Positions 47,326 to 59,510 of a stretch of 64,000 nucleotides of DNA are shown piece by piece; the stretch's first letter is position 1; each line of letters opens with the position of its first letter. The stretch spans positions 1 to 64,000 of the forward strand of contig JBEUKZ010000100.1 of NCBI GenBank assembly GCA_048128005.1, in the 5' to 3' direction. Position numbers and translations under genes: made by a program. Below the pieces are notes generated by a model. It did not search any database. It saw nothing but the letters and a program-made list of their open reading frames with translations, and was not told where the DNA came from. Source of the stretch: Veleropilina oligotropha (lineage: Eukaryota).

Positions 47326-50285
47326 AGTACAGTGAAATCAGAGCCTGTCATGTCACATCATGATGTACAATACAGTGAAATCAGAGCGTCATGTCACATC
47401 ATGATGCACAATACAGTGAAATCAGAGCCTGTCATGTCACATCATGATGCACAATACAGTGAAATCAGAGCCTGTCATGTCACATCATGATGTACAATAC
47501 AGTGAAATCAGAGCCTGTCATGTCACATCATGATGTACAATACAGTGAAATCAGAGCGTCATGTCACATCATGATGCACAATACAGTGAAATCAGAGCGT
47601 CATGTCACATCATGATGTACAATACAGTGAAATCAGAGCGTCATGTCACATCATGATGCACAATACAGTGAAATCAGAGCGTCATGTCACATCATGATGC
47701 ACAATACAGTGAAATCAGAGCCTGTCATGTCACATCATGATGCACAATACAGTGAAATCAGAGCCTGTCTTGTCTCATCATGATGTACAATACAGTGAAA
47801 TCAGAGCGTCATGTCACATCATGATGCACAATACAGTGAAATCAGAGCCTGTCATGTCACATCATGATGCACAATACAGTGAAATCAGAGCGTCATGTCA
47901 CATCATGATGCACAATACAGTGAAATCAGAGCCTGTCTTGTCTCATCATGATGCACAATACAGTGAAATCAGAGCGTCATGTCACATCATTATGCACAAT
48001 ACAGTGAAATCAGAGCCTGTCTTGTCTCATCATGATGCACAATACAGTGAAATCAGAGCGTCATGTCACATCATGATGCACAATACAGTGAAATCAGAGC
48101 GTCATGTCACATCATGATGCACAATACAGTGAAATCAGAGCGTCATGTCACATCATGATGCACAATACAGTGAAATCAGAGCGTCATGTCACATCATGAT
48201 GCACAATACAGTGAAATCAGAGCCTGTCATGTCACATCATGATGCACAATACAGTGAAATCAGAGCGTCATGTCACATCATGATGCACAATACAGTGAAA
48301 TCAGAGCCTGTCTTGTCTCATCATGATGCACAATACAGTGAAATCAGAGCGTCATGTCACATCATGATGCACAATACAGTGAAATCAGAGCGTCATGTCA
48401 CATCATGATGCACAATACAGTGAAATCAGAGCGTCATGTCACATCATGATGCACAATACAGTGAAATCAGAGCCTGTCATGTCACATCATGATGCACAAT
48501 ACAGTGAAATCAGAGCGTCATGTCACATCATGATGCACAATACAGTGAAATCAGAGCCTGTCTTGTCTCATCATGATGCACAATACAGTGAAATCAGAGC
48601 ATCATGTCACATCATGATGCACAATACAGTGAAATCAGAGCGTCATGTCACATCATGATGCACAATACAGTGAAATCAGAGCGTCATGTCACATCATGAT
48701 GCACAATACAGTGAAATCAGAGCGTCATGTCACATCATGATGCACAATACAGTGAAATCAGAGCGTCATGTCACATCATGATGCACAATACAGTGAAATC
48801 AGAGCGTCATGTCACATCATGATGCACAATACAGTGAAATCAGAGCCTGTCTTGTCTCATCATGATGCACAATACAGTGAAATCAGAGCGTCATGTCACA
48901 TCATGATGCACAATACAGTGAAATCAGAGCCTGTCATGTCACATCATGATGCACAATACAGTGAAATCAGAGCCTGTCTTGTCTCATCATGATGCACAAT
49001 ACAGTGAAATCAGAGCGTCATGTCACATCATGATGCACAATACAGTGAAATCAGAGCGTCATGTCACATCATGATGCACAATACAGTGAAATCAGAGCGT
49101 CATGTCACATCATGATGCACAATACAGTGAAATCAGAGCCTGTCTTGTCTCATCATGATGCACAATACAGTGAAATCAGAGCGTCATGTCACATCATGAT
49201 GCACAATACAGTGAAATCAGAGCGTCATGTCACATCATGATGTACAATACAGTGAAATCAGAGCCTGTCATGTCGCATCATTATGCACAATACAGTGAAA
49301 TCAGAGCCTGTCATGTCACATCATGATGCACAATACAGTGAAATCAGAGCCTGTCATGTCGCATCATGATGCACAATACAGTGAAATCAGAGCGTCATGT
49401 CACATCATGATGCACAATACAGTGAAATCAGAGCCTGTCATGTCACATCATGATGCACAATACAGTGAAATCAGAGCGTCATGTCACATCATTATGTACA
49501 ATACAGTGAAATCAGAGCCTGTCATGTCACATCATGATGCACAATACAGTGAAATCAGAGCGTCATGTCACATCATGATGCACAATACAGTGAAATCAGG
49601 GCCTGTCATGTCACATCATGATGCACAATACAGTGAAATCAGAGCCTGTCATGTCACATCATGATGCACAATACAGTGAAATCAGAGCCTGTCATGTCGC
49701 ATCATGATGCACAATACAGTGAAATCAGAGCGTCATGTCACATCATGATGCACAATACAGTGAAATCAGAGCCTGTCATGTCACATCATGATGCACAATA
49801 CAGTGAAATCAGAGCCTGTCATGTCACATCATGATGCACAATACAGTGAAATCAGAGCGTCATGTCGCATCATGATGCACAATACAGTGAAATCAGAGCG
49901 TCATGTCACATCATGATGCACAATACAGTGAAATCAGAGCGTCATGTCACATCATGATGCACAATACAGTGAAATCAGAGCCTGTCATGTCGCATCATTA
50001 TGCACAATACAGTGAAATCAGAGCGTCATGTCACATCATGATGCACAATACAGTGAAATCAGAGCCTGTCATGTCGCATCATTATGCACAATACAGTGAA
50101 ATCAGAGCGTCATGTCACATCATGATGCACAATACAGTGAAATCAGAGCGTCATGTCACATCATGATGTACAATACAGTGAAATCAGAGCGTCATGTCAC
50201 ATCATGACGCACAATACAGTGAAATCAAAGCCTAAATTATTCGACATGGTTACAAGTACGGAATTGTGCGTTTGGATAAAAATTC

Positions 50286-50410
50286 TCTATTGGTTGATAG
50301 ATATCATGTGATTAGCTGTATTGGGTGATAGATATTATGTAATTGGCTGTATTGGGTGATAGATATCACATGGTTGGCTGTATTGATTGATAGATGTCAT
50401 GTGATTGGCA
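50286..50410. repeat. ~31-bp minisatellite x4
   Basis: TATTGG.TGATAGATATCATGTGATTGGCTG repeated. Confidence 0.8.
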
Positions 50411-50879
50411 ATTCCTCAGCACATTTTCCAGATGTGACGACAAATAATATGGAACAGTTCTGCTTACTTGGTCGATGTTGTGGTTGACAAATGCATATGA
50501 CAAAGTATGACATACATCATGATGAAGCTTTCATTGCCTTTCTAAAAACGTCATGAATATAAACAATTACTTACTTCAACATTTAAATGAGGCCCATTTT
50601 ACCATGTAACATGTCTATTTTATTTAAAATTAACAACTTTTACAGCCATTTTATTGTTTTAGCATGAGAAACATACGTGCACACATGTATATCACAATAA
50701 CATTTCCAATGTCATGAACCAAAAAGTCCGACTTGCATATATAAGCAAAATACAACATGCTCAATCTTGCAATTACCGGTACATGACTGGACAATAATAA
50801 TTTTAAAATAAATGACTATATGAAATATTTCAGTGGCAAAATTGTGTTTCTAATTACATAGCATAGCGTGAAGACTCAC

Positions 50880-50903
50880 CGCCAAGTATATATCCCTTCT
50901 ACT
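50880..50903 (-). CDS. Candidate 24-nt microexon of the VWD/EGF gene
   Basis: TTCTATTGCAG|AGTAGAAGGGATATATACTTGGCG|GTGAGT. Phase 2 to 2, no stop, adds VEGIYTWR. Confidence 0.55.
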
Positions 50904-50960
50904 CTGCAATAGAATTGGTAGCGATTGCATGTTTACTGGTTTGATATAAATCATATTTTA

Positions 50961-51707
50961 CTAGAACGCTCAGTCACGATCTAGTGACCGCATGCATATG
51001 TATCCCCCGGTAATGACCTGTCCCGACCGATCACAAGGAATTATGCTTTAAAATCCAAGATGGAGGCCACATCGGCCATCTTGGAGTTAGGACCACACCC
51101 AAAATGTGTCTGTGTCGTGTCCTCACCCAAACCAACGCACACACCAAATTTGATAACATTCCGTTAAGAAATGGCCTGTCTAGAGCGATCACGAGGAATC
51201 TCTCGGAGGTGGCCATCTTGGATGTTGGACCACACCCGAAATCTATGTGTCGTGTCCTCACCCCAATCAATGCACATACCAAATTTGAAAACATTCCGTT
51301 ATGAAATGACCTGTCTAGAGCGATCACAAGGAATTATGGTTTAAAATCCAAGATGGAGGCCACAGCGGCCATCTTGGAGGTCGGACCACACCCAAAATCT
51401 ACAGGTGTCGTGTCCTCGCCCCAACCAATGCACATACCAAATTTGAAAACATTCCGTTAAAAAATGGCCTTTCTAGAGCGATCACAAGGAAATATGATTT
51501 AAAATCCAAGATGGAGGCCACAGCGGCCATCTTGGAGGTTGGACCATACCCAAAATATATAGGTGTCGTGTCCTCGCCTCAACCAATGCACATACCAAAT
51601 TTGAAAACAATCTGTTTAGAAATGGCCTGTCTAGAACGATCACGATGAATCTCTCGGCGGATGCGGTGTAACGGACACTAAACCATAGTATCCCCCGACA
51701 CTTTCGT
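50961..51707 (-). mobile_element. Helentron-type element, sister of 34377-35265, 5' tip truncated
   Basis: Same 3' end (CTAG...CAGTCACG...GTGACCG...GTATCCCCCGG on the plus strand) and same internal repeats. Confidence 0.75.
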
Positions 51708-52307
51708 GTGTTATTAGAGTGTTTGTTGGATATTTTGTATGACATTTGTGATATTATGCAGACAAGATGAACACTATTCATTAAGGTGACAAATGTCAGA
51801 CTAAGAGAATATATAAGGACGTTGTAATGCTATGTGAGGCAGTTGAGCCATATGACAGGGAAAGGCATGTACCTGGCCCTTGTGAAGCAAAGGATGACTT
51901 ATTTTTCGTTGTGAAACCTTTGCTACGCCAAAGAAGAATTACGCTGAGTGCATCGATGTTGTGAGTAACCTTCTTATATTATAGCTATAAACCATCAGTT
52001 CATGTCTAGTTCTTATTGAATTCTCTGTCAATTTATGAATGGGCACTATATGCACTGCAAGATTACACACAATCAGAACATGCTTTCCCTACAGCGATAA
52101 GTTTCCATGTCTCGAAATGAGATACTGGATATTTCATTAGAAGCCGTGCCCTGATAGCATTCAGGACCTTGTTAAGTTTAGTAGATTGACAAACATTTTC
52201 AGTTGTATAGATAGGCATGTACCAGATACCAACCCATTAATGACAAAGAGCATGTTATATTATTTGTCAAATAAAAAGAAGGAAATAGAATAACATAGGT
52301 ATCTCAC

Positions 52308-52419
52308 CTCCATGTTTTCGAGAACTGGGGCACCCTGTTCACGGCATTCAGGGGATAAGCTCGGCCTTCGCGATCCACCAAATCGTTTGTGTCGTCGCCA
52401 TCGTAATTACCACAGATAC
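52308..52419 (-). CDS. VWD/EGF membrane protein exon (VWD C-terminal motif)
   Basis: TTTCAG/GTGAGA, 112 nt, phase 1 to 2. GICGNYDGDDTNDL...FSKTWR is the VWD GLCGNxDG...W signature. Confidence 0.93.
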
Positions 52420-52926
52420 CTGAAAGTCAATGTCAGACATCATATATGTTACAATGTATAGGTGAAGTCTGCAGGTAAACCATGAGGTGCGAAATACCGA
52501 GTTGTTTACCTGCGCAGGCTTCTTATATTAGACAACAAAAACCAAGTGATATAACCGACTTAAACCATTGAAAAAATGTAAACAAATTTAAAGAATATGA
52601 TTTTAATAAATCAATTTTTAGTGTAAGAAAGTAGTCCCCTGTGGTCTAACTGACAATATGGTTACTTAAACCACAGGCCAAGACAATAGAATGATGTAAA
52701 AACAATAGTTTAATGTGTAATATCACTGTGACTTAATTAACAACTCGGCACTGCTGATAGTTACCTTCCAAATTTGAATCTTGCCTGCGCATGCATCCCA
52801 TTGCTGCTGGATACTGTGTATACGAGTTGACCTTCTGTGTGCAGGAGATGTGAAAACAATCTAATGAACTCGTGGCGATTCAATAGTGGTCTGTGATCGA
52901 TAACTTATAACTACAAATATGATTAC

Positions 52927-53029
52927 CAGTGGTTTTGTTGACGTCAGTAGCAGAGGGCTGAATCAGTGTGTTGACATACACGTTCTCCTCGTTTTGAATT
53001 GTCACCTTTGTGCCGGTTGGAAGAATAAT
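52927..53029 (-). CDS. VWD/EGF membrane protein exon (VWD)
   Basis: TTTATAG/GTAATC, 103 nt, phase 0 to 1. IILPTGTKVTI...IQPSATDVNKTT. Confidence 0.9.
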
Positions 53030-53989
53030 CTATAAAAAGACAAGCAAAAATGTATTACTAGATAGTTATGTAAACTTGTTTATAAGGCTGTTGACCATCT
53101 CTCGGATGTTACTAATAAGACGAAGTCGAAACCGCACAACCTAACGAGACTTGCATGCATTTATTTGTTCATATGACAAAATTACCACACATTTAAAGTA
53201 AAAGGTTGAAAATATTCATTTTAATGGTCTTGTACATGAAAACTTCACTTTGAACACATTGCAATGTTATGAATTGGACAATTTTCAGTTAACTCTTTGG
53301 GTATGTGGGAAGGTTATACCCATGGAAATTGCCCGCACTGAAAGTTATGAACAACTGCAACAGTGAACCCTGCAAAGTCATCACCCAGCTCGAGCTGGTA
53401 TTCACCGAGAATTGTGGCCAAGACCATCTTGCACAACTGAGCAATAGTGAACATCAGCCATTGACAACATGGGTTTCCTTTTACTGAAGCAACATCATGG
53501 GATTGACAGTTCATTTCACAATGCCACATGACAACTTCATAGACCACGTGACAGCAGAGCAAGTAAGTGTCAGAAAATCGTCAAGTGGTACAGTAGGATG
53601 CTAAAAGCTAATAAAAGGGATGGCTTAAAGACCTGCAAGCCATCCTATGCAGATATAATATTAAATTAAACTTGAATGAAAACTTGGCAATACAATCATG
53701 TGACTTTCATGCTGAGCTATTTATGTCACATGGTCCTTGTCTACTGGCTAAAATAAAGCACTTGCCCTCATCGCAAATATTTACAATTATCTTTATATTA
53801 GACGGAAATTTGGTTCAATAGAAATCCTTGATTCAAATATGATTTTTTAAAAAGTAATGGAAAATCAACATCTATAGATAAACAGCTCATTGAACATTTC
53901 ACATGCCACATCGTCATTAGTTCTTTCATGCTTTAAAATGTTCAAAGGTGACACCAAATCAAAGAACGCAAATAAGAAATCGAGTTTAC

Positions 53990-54220
53990 CTTATAGCGAG
54001 CTCCTGCCTTTTCTCTGTAGACATAGGTACCGGGAGACAATTCTCCAATGAGGAAGAACTTGGCGACCAACGGATACGAGTCTGGTGGGTTGGCATCATT
54101 TGCCCGGGTGCTTGTTTTGATTGTCGGACATTTACCGATTCTAATGACATCATCGCCAACCCGAATCAATATCCCACAGTTACAACTGCCTTCTTCGCAT
54201 TTCACAAACAGACCGCGAAC
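53990..54220 (-). CDS. VWD/EGF membrane protein exon (VWD)
   Basis: CTTCAG/GTAAAC, 231 nt, phase 0 to 0. KCEEGSCNCGILIRVGDDVIRI. Confidence 0.9.
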
Positions 54221-54409
54221 CTGAAGGTAATAAATATGACTAATGTTTATATATATCAGATTTCTACTGTACTGCAGTTACAAAAGACGATACTTTCATA
54301 TTTTACCCTTTTATACAAGCAGAGTACCAAAACCAGCTTGGTGTCTGCACTCTTGATTGTGGTTTGACGGGTGTTACTTCATGCCTACATGAGAGGTATG
54401 GTCATTACT

Positions 54410-55197
54410 GTTAATTATTATGAAATGACGGGGCCGTTACTAATAGGATAGCTAGAATTTGAGTGGACGGTAAATCTCTATAATGGCCCGATCAGCGGGC
54501 CGTTATTGCCATTAGCGGCCCGCCATTTTGTCACGTGACATGTATGTGATCGGTGCCATTTTCGCAAAGTCTAGCACACGACATTTACAATTACTAGTTA
54601 TTTGAGGATTTACCGATGAAAAATAGGAAAGGATGGTATTTTCTTCCAAAATCGTAGTCGCATTGTCATCAAAATAAGGTAAGAGATTGTATCTTATAAC
54701 CATGTGTCGTTTACAACTGTAATATTTTTTTAGTTCTGAAGAACGCATAGAAGACAAGATTAAATTAGTTCATCAAATGATACAAAAAACACCATAAATC
54801 ATGATAAATGTGTCGGCTTTGTAAATCAATGTTATCATTTCTAAACACGTTTTAAGAATGATTTTGATAAAAATGCAACGTTAATTTGTTAATTTCCATT
54901 GAAAATTGATTCGAAGCAACAACAAAATGGCTGCCACTTTGAAATGAAATTAACACGCATATAGTAACCATAATCTACATGCGGAAAAAAATCTTTTTGC
55001 GCCCACTAAAGTGCAAACTACCCTTTTACAGTATCTGATAATAATAGTAATAACAAGGTATTGGCGGGCATCGTGCTGTTTTATTGGCCCTTCGTGAATG
55101 ATTATTGGTCCTCCAGTCAAGACTGTCGGGCCAATAATCATTCATGTCGGGCCAATAAAACAGCACGACGCCCTTCAAAACCATGTTATTGTTATAT
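54410..55197. mobile_element. Putative non-autonomous element ending in a ~150-bp imperfect palindrome (Crypton-like architecture)
   Basis: 55045-55195 folds back (TCGTGCTGTTTTATTGGCCC / GGGCCAATAAAACAGCACGA). Family assignment is tentative. Confidence 0.45.
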
Positions 55198-55733
55198 TGC
55201 CATTCTAGTGATAATCTTTCTGGAAGTTCTTACTAAGGGCCATTCAATTTAATATTGGCTGTCCTTTGGCAGTACTGCACGACATGTGCTTTATTATGGG
55301 TTCCCTAGCAGTGGCCATGGGTATTAATTCCACCAACAATAAAATATACGTCTTTTCACAATATAGCCGCAGTTATTATAATTGTAGTCTGGGGTGGATT
55401 GACGTTTATTGTACCCTTTTAACACTCTTCAGCGTCATAATAATCAGGATATGACCTCATTATCACAGACAACCTCCTGCATGAGACAATTATGAACAAC
55501 TGTGATAGTTAACACTGTAAAAACTACCAATGTATGAGATATGACAACCCTGTCCTGAGAACCAGAGCAGTCATGCAGGTGAAATGGGAACCAGATTCTT
55601 ATCCAATTTATTACTATGAACAAGAAGAGTACATTGATTGGATTCGGTCGATGCTTAATGTCCGGTTAAATCTGCCTTTTTAATGTCAGTTATGGACAAC
55701 TGCCATTGCTAACTTAACAAAGAATGTCATGTT

Positions 55734-58700
55734 GAACCCACTCCTGTTAGTTAGTGCAATCGAGCCAGAGATCTGAGAACCCACTCCTGTTAGTTAGTGC
55801 AATCGAGCCAGTGATCTGAGAACCCACTCCTGTTAGTTAGTGCAATCGAGCCAGTGATCTGAGAACCCACTCCTGTTAGTTACTGCAATCGAGCCAGTGA
55901 TCTGAGAACCCACTCCTGTTAGTTACTGCAATCGAGCCAGTGATCTGAGAACCCACTCCTGTTAGTGCAATCGAGCCAGTGATCTGAGAACCCACTCCTG
56001 TTAGTGCAATCGAGCCAGTGATCTGAAAACCCACTACTGTTAGTGCAATCGAGCCAGTGATCTGAGAACCCACTCCTGTTAGTTACTGCAATCGAGCCAG
56101 TGATCTGAAAACCCACTACTGTTAGTTACTGCAATCGAGCCAGTGATCTGAGAACCCACTCCTGTTAGTTACTGCAATCGAGCCAGTGATCTGAGAACCC
56201 ACTCCTGTTAGTTATTGCAATCGAGCCAGTGATCTGAGAACCCAGCCCTGTTAGTTACTGCAATCGAGCCAGTGATCTGAGAACCCACTCCTGTTAGTTA
56301 CTGCAATCGAGCCAGTGATCTGAGAACCCAGCCCTGTTAGTTACTGCAATCGAGCCAGTGATCTGAGAACCCACTCCTGTTAGTTACTGCAATCGAGCCA
56401 GTGATCTGAGAACCCACTCCTGTTAGTGCAATCGAGCCAGTGATCTGAGAACCCACTCCTGTTAGTGCAATCGAGCCAGTGATCTGAAAACCCACTACTG
56501 TTAGTGCAATCGAGCCAGTGATCTGAGAACCCACTCCTGTTAGTTACTGCAATCGAGCCAGTGATCTGAAAACCCACTACTGTTAGTTACTGCAATCGAG
56601 CCAGTGATCTGAGAACCCACTCCTGTTAGTTACTGCAATCGAGCCAGTGATCTGAGAACCCACTCCTGTTAGTTATTGCAATCGAGCCAGTGATCTGAGA
56701 ACCCAGCCCTGTTAGTTATCGCAATCGAGCCAGTGATCTGAGAACCCACTCCTGTTAGTTACTGCAATCGAGCCAGTGATCTGAGAACCCACTCCTGTTA
56801 GTGCAATCGAGCCAGTGATCTGAGAACCCACTCCTGTTAGTGCAATCGAGCCAGTGATCTGAGAACCCAGCCCTGTTTTAATTAGTTAGCGCAATCGAGC
56901 CAGTGATCTGAGAACCCACTCCTGTTAGTTATCGCAATCGAGCCAGTGATCTGAGAACCCACTACTGTTAGTTACTGCAATCGAGCCAGTGATCTGAGAA
57001 CCCACTCCTGTTAGTGCAATCGAGCCAGTGATCTGAGAACCCAGCCCTGTTTTAATTAGTTAGCGCAATCGAGCCAGTGATCTGAGAACCCACTCCTGTT
57101 AGTGCAATCGAGCCAGTGATCTGAGAACCCACTCCTGTTAGTTACTGCAATCGAGCCAGTGATCTGAAAACCCACTACTGTTAGTTACTGCAATCGAGCC
57201 AGTGATCTGAGAACCCACTCCTGTTAGTTATTGCAATCGAGCCAGTGATCTGAGAACCCACTCCTGTTAGTTACTGCAATTGAGCCAGTGATCTGAGGAC
57301 CCACTCCTGTTAGTTACTGCAATCGAGCCAGTGATCTGAGGACCCACTCCTGTTAGTTACTGCAATCGAGCCAGTGATCTGAGATTCCACTCCTGTTACT
57401 GCAATCGAGCCAGTGATCTGAGATTCCACTCCTGTTACTGCAATCGAGCCAGTGATCTGAGAACCCACTCCTGTTAGTGCAATCGAGCCAGTGATCTGAG
57501 AACCCACTCCTGTTAGTGCAATCGAGCCAGTGATCTGAGAACCCACTCCTGTTAGTTACTGCAATCGAGCCAGTGATCTGAAAACCCACTACTGTTAGTT
57601 ACTGCAATCGAGCCAGTGATCTGAGAACACACTCCTGTTAGTTATTGCAATCGAGCCAGTGATCTGAGAACCCACTCCTGTTAGTTACTGCAATTGAGCC
57701 AGTGATCTGAGGACCCACTCCTGTTAGTTACTGCAATCGAGCCAGTGATCTGAGGACCCACTCCTGTTAGTTACTGCAATCCAGCCAGTGATCTGAGAAC
57801 CCACTCCTGTTAGTTACTGCAATCGAGCCAGTGATCTGAGAACCCACTCCTGTTAGTTACTGCAATCGAGCCAGTGATCTGAGAACCCACTCCTGTTAGT
57901 TACTGCAATCCAGCCAGTGATCTGAGAACCCACTCCTGTTAGTTACTGCAATCCAGCCAGTGATCTGAGAACCCACTCCTGTTAGTTACTGCAATCGAGC
58001 CAGTGATCTGAGATTCCACTCCTGTTAGTTAGCGCAATCGAGCCAGTGATCTGAGAACCCACTCCTGTTAGCGCAATCGAGCCAGTGATCTGAGAACCCA
58101 CTCCTGTTAGTTACTGCAATCCAGCCAGTGATCTGAGAACCCACTCCTGTTAGTTACTGCAATCGAGCCAGTGATCTGAGATTCCACTCCTGTTAGTTAG
58201 CGCAATCGAGCCAGTGATCTGAGAACCCACTCCTGTTAGCGCAATCGAGCCAGTGATCTGAGAACCCACTCCTGTTAGTTACTGCAATCGAGCCAGTGAT
58301 CTGAGAACCCACTCCTGTTAGTTACTGCAATCGAGCCAGTGATCTGAGAACCCAGCCCTGTTAGTTATCGCAATCGAGCCAGTGATCTGAGAACCCACTC
58401 CTGTTAGTTACTGCAATCGAGCCAGTGATCTGAGAACCCAGCCCTGTTAGTTATCGCAATCGAGCCAGTGATCTGAGAACCCACTCCTGTTAGTTACTGC
58501 AATCGAGCCAGTGATCTGAGAACCCAGCCCTGTTAGTTATCGCAATCGAGCCAGTGATCTGAGAACCCACTCCTGTTAGTTACTGCAATCGAGCCAGTGA
58601 TCTGAGAACCCACTCCTGTTAGTTACTGCAATCGAGCCAGTGATCTGAGAACCCACTCCTGTTTTAATTAGTTAGCGCAATCGAGCCAGTGATCTGAGAA

Positions 58701-59430
58701 CCCACTCCTGTTAGTTACTGCAATCGAGCCAGGGATCTGAGAAATCACTCCTGTTAGTTACTGCAATCGAGCCAGTGATTTGAGAACCCACTCCTGTTAG
58801 TTACTGCAATCGAGCCAGTGATTTGAGAACCCACTCCTGTTAGTGCAATCGAGCCAGTGATCTGAGGACCCACTCCTGTTAGTTACTGCAATCGAGCCAG
58901 TGATCTGAGAACCCACTCCTGTTAGTTACTGCAATCGAGCCAGTGATCTGAGAACCCAGCCCTGTTTTAATTAGTTAGCGCAATCGAGCCAGTGATCTGA
59001 GAACCCACTCCTGTTAGTTACTGCAATCGAGCCAGGGATCTGAGAAATCACTCCTGTTAGTTACTGCAATCGAGCCAGTGATCTGAGAACTCACTCCTGT
59101 TAGTTACTGCAATCGAGCCAGTGATCTGAGGACCCACTCCTGTTAGTTAGCGCAATCGAGCCAGTGATCTGAGAACCCACTCCTGTTAGTTAGTGCAATC
59201 GAGCCAGTGATCTGAGATTCCACTCCTATTAGTTACTGCAATCGAGCCAGTGATCTGAGAACCCACTCCTGTTAGTTACTGCAATCGAGCCAGTGATCTG
59301 AGAACCCACTCCTGTTAGCGCAATCGAGCCAGTGATCTGAGAACCCACTCCTGTTAGTTACTGCAATCGAGCCAGTGATCTGAAAACCCACTCCTGTTAG
59401 TTACTGCAATCGAGCCAGTGATTTCAGAAT
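55734..59430. repeat. 39/43-bp satellite (GAACCCACTCCTGTTAG[TTAC]TGCAATCGAGCCAGTGATCTGA), ~88 monomers, SINE-derived
   Basis: Direct reading. The monomer and both flanks align to SINE family 1 on the minus strand. Confidence 0.97.
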
Positions 59431-59446
59431 CGGCACTCGAGCTTAC

Positions 59447-59510
59447 CTCCACCTCAAATTCCGTGTTCGCGTATAACAGAAACTCTCCCTGCAGATAGTT
59501 GTCATATCTC
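59447..59510 (-). CDS. VWD/EGF membrane protein exon (VWD N-terminal part; most upstream exon found)
   Basis: TTTGCAG/GTAAGC, 64 nt, phase 2 to 0. RYDNYLQGEFLLY matches the segment following the VWD TFDG motif. Further exons probably lie beyond the window. Confidence 0.85.

Larger units (their letters stand above)
38445..50232. repeat. 41/43-bp satellite (TCATGTCACATCATGATGCACAATACAGTGAAATCAGAGC[CT]G), about 80 monomers in three blocks: 38445-38519, 45751-46209, 47326-50232
   Basis: Direct reading. The blocks are separated by the DIRS element and a MITE, with monomer phase preserved. Confidence 0.97.

Noticed and set aside
45751..50232. CRISPR-like regular array / repetitive ORFs (MSHHDAQYSEIRA...)
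   Set aside because: No unique spacers and no cas genes. It is a head-to-tail satellite and the ORFs are translations of it.
55734..59430. CRISPR-like array / repeat-protein ORFs (GSQITGSIALT...)
   Set aside because: Monomers are contiguous without spacers, frames break with the 39/43-bp variants, and the array lies in an intron.
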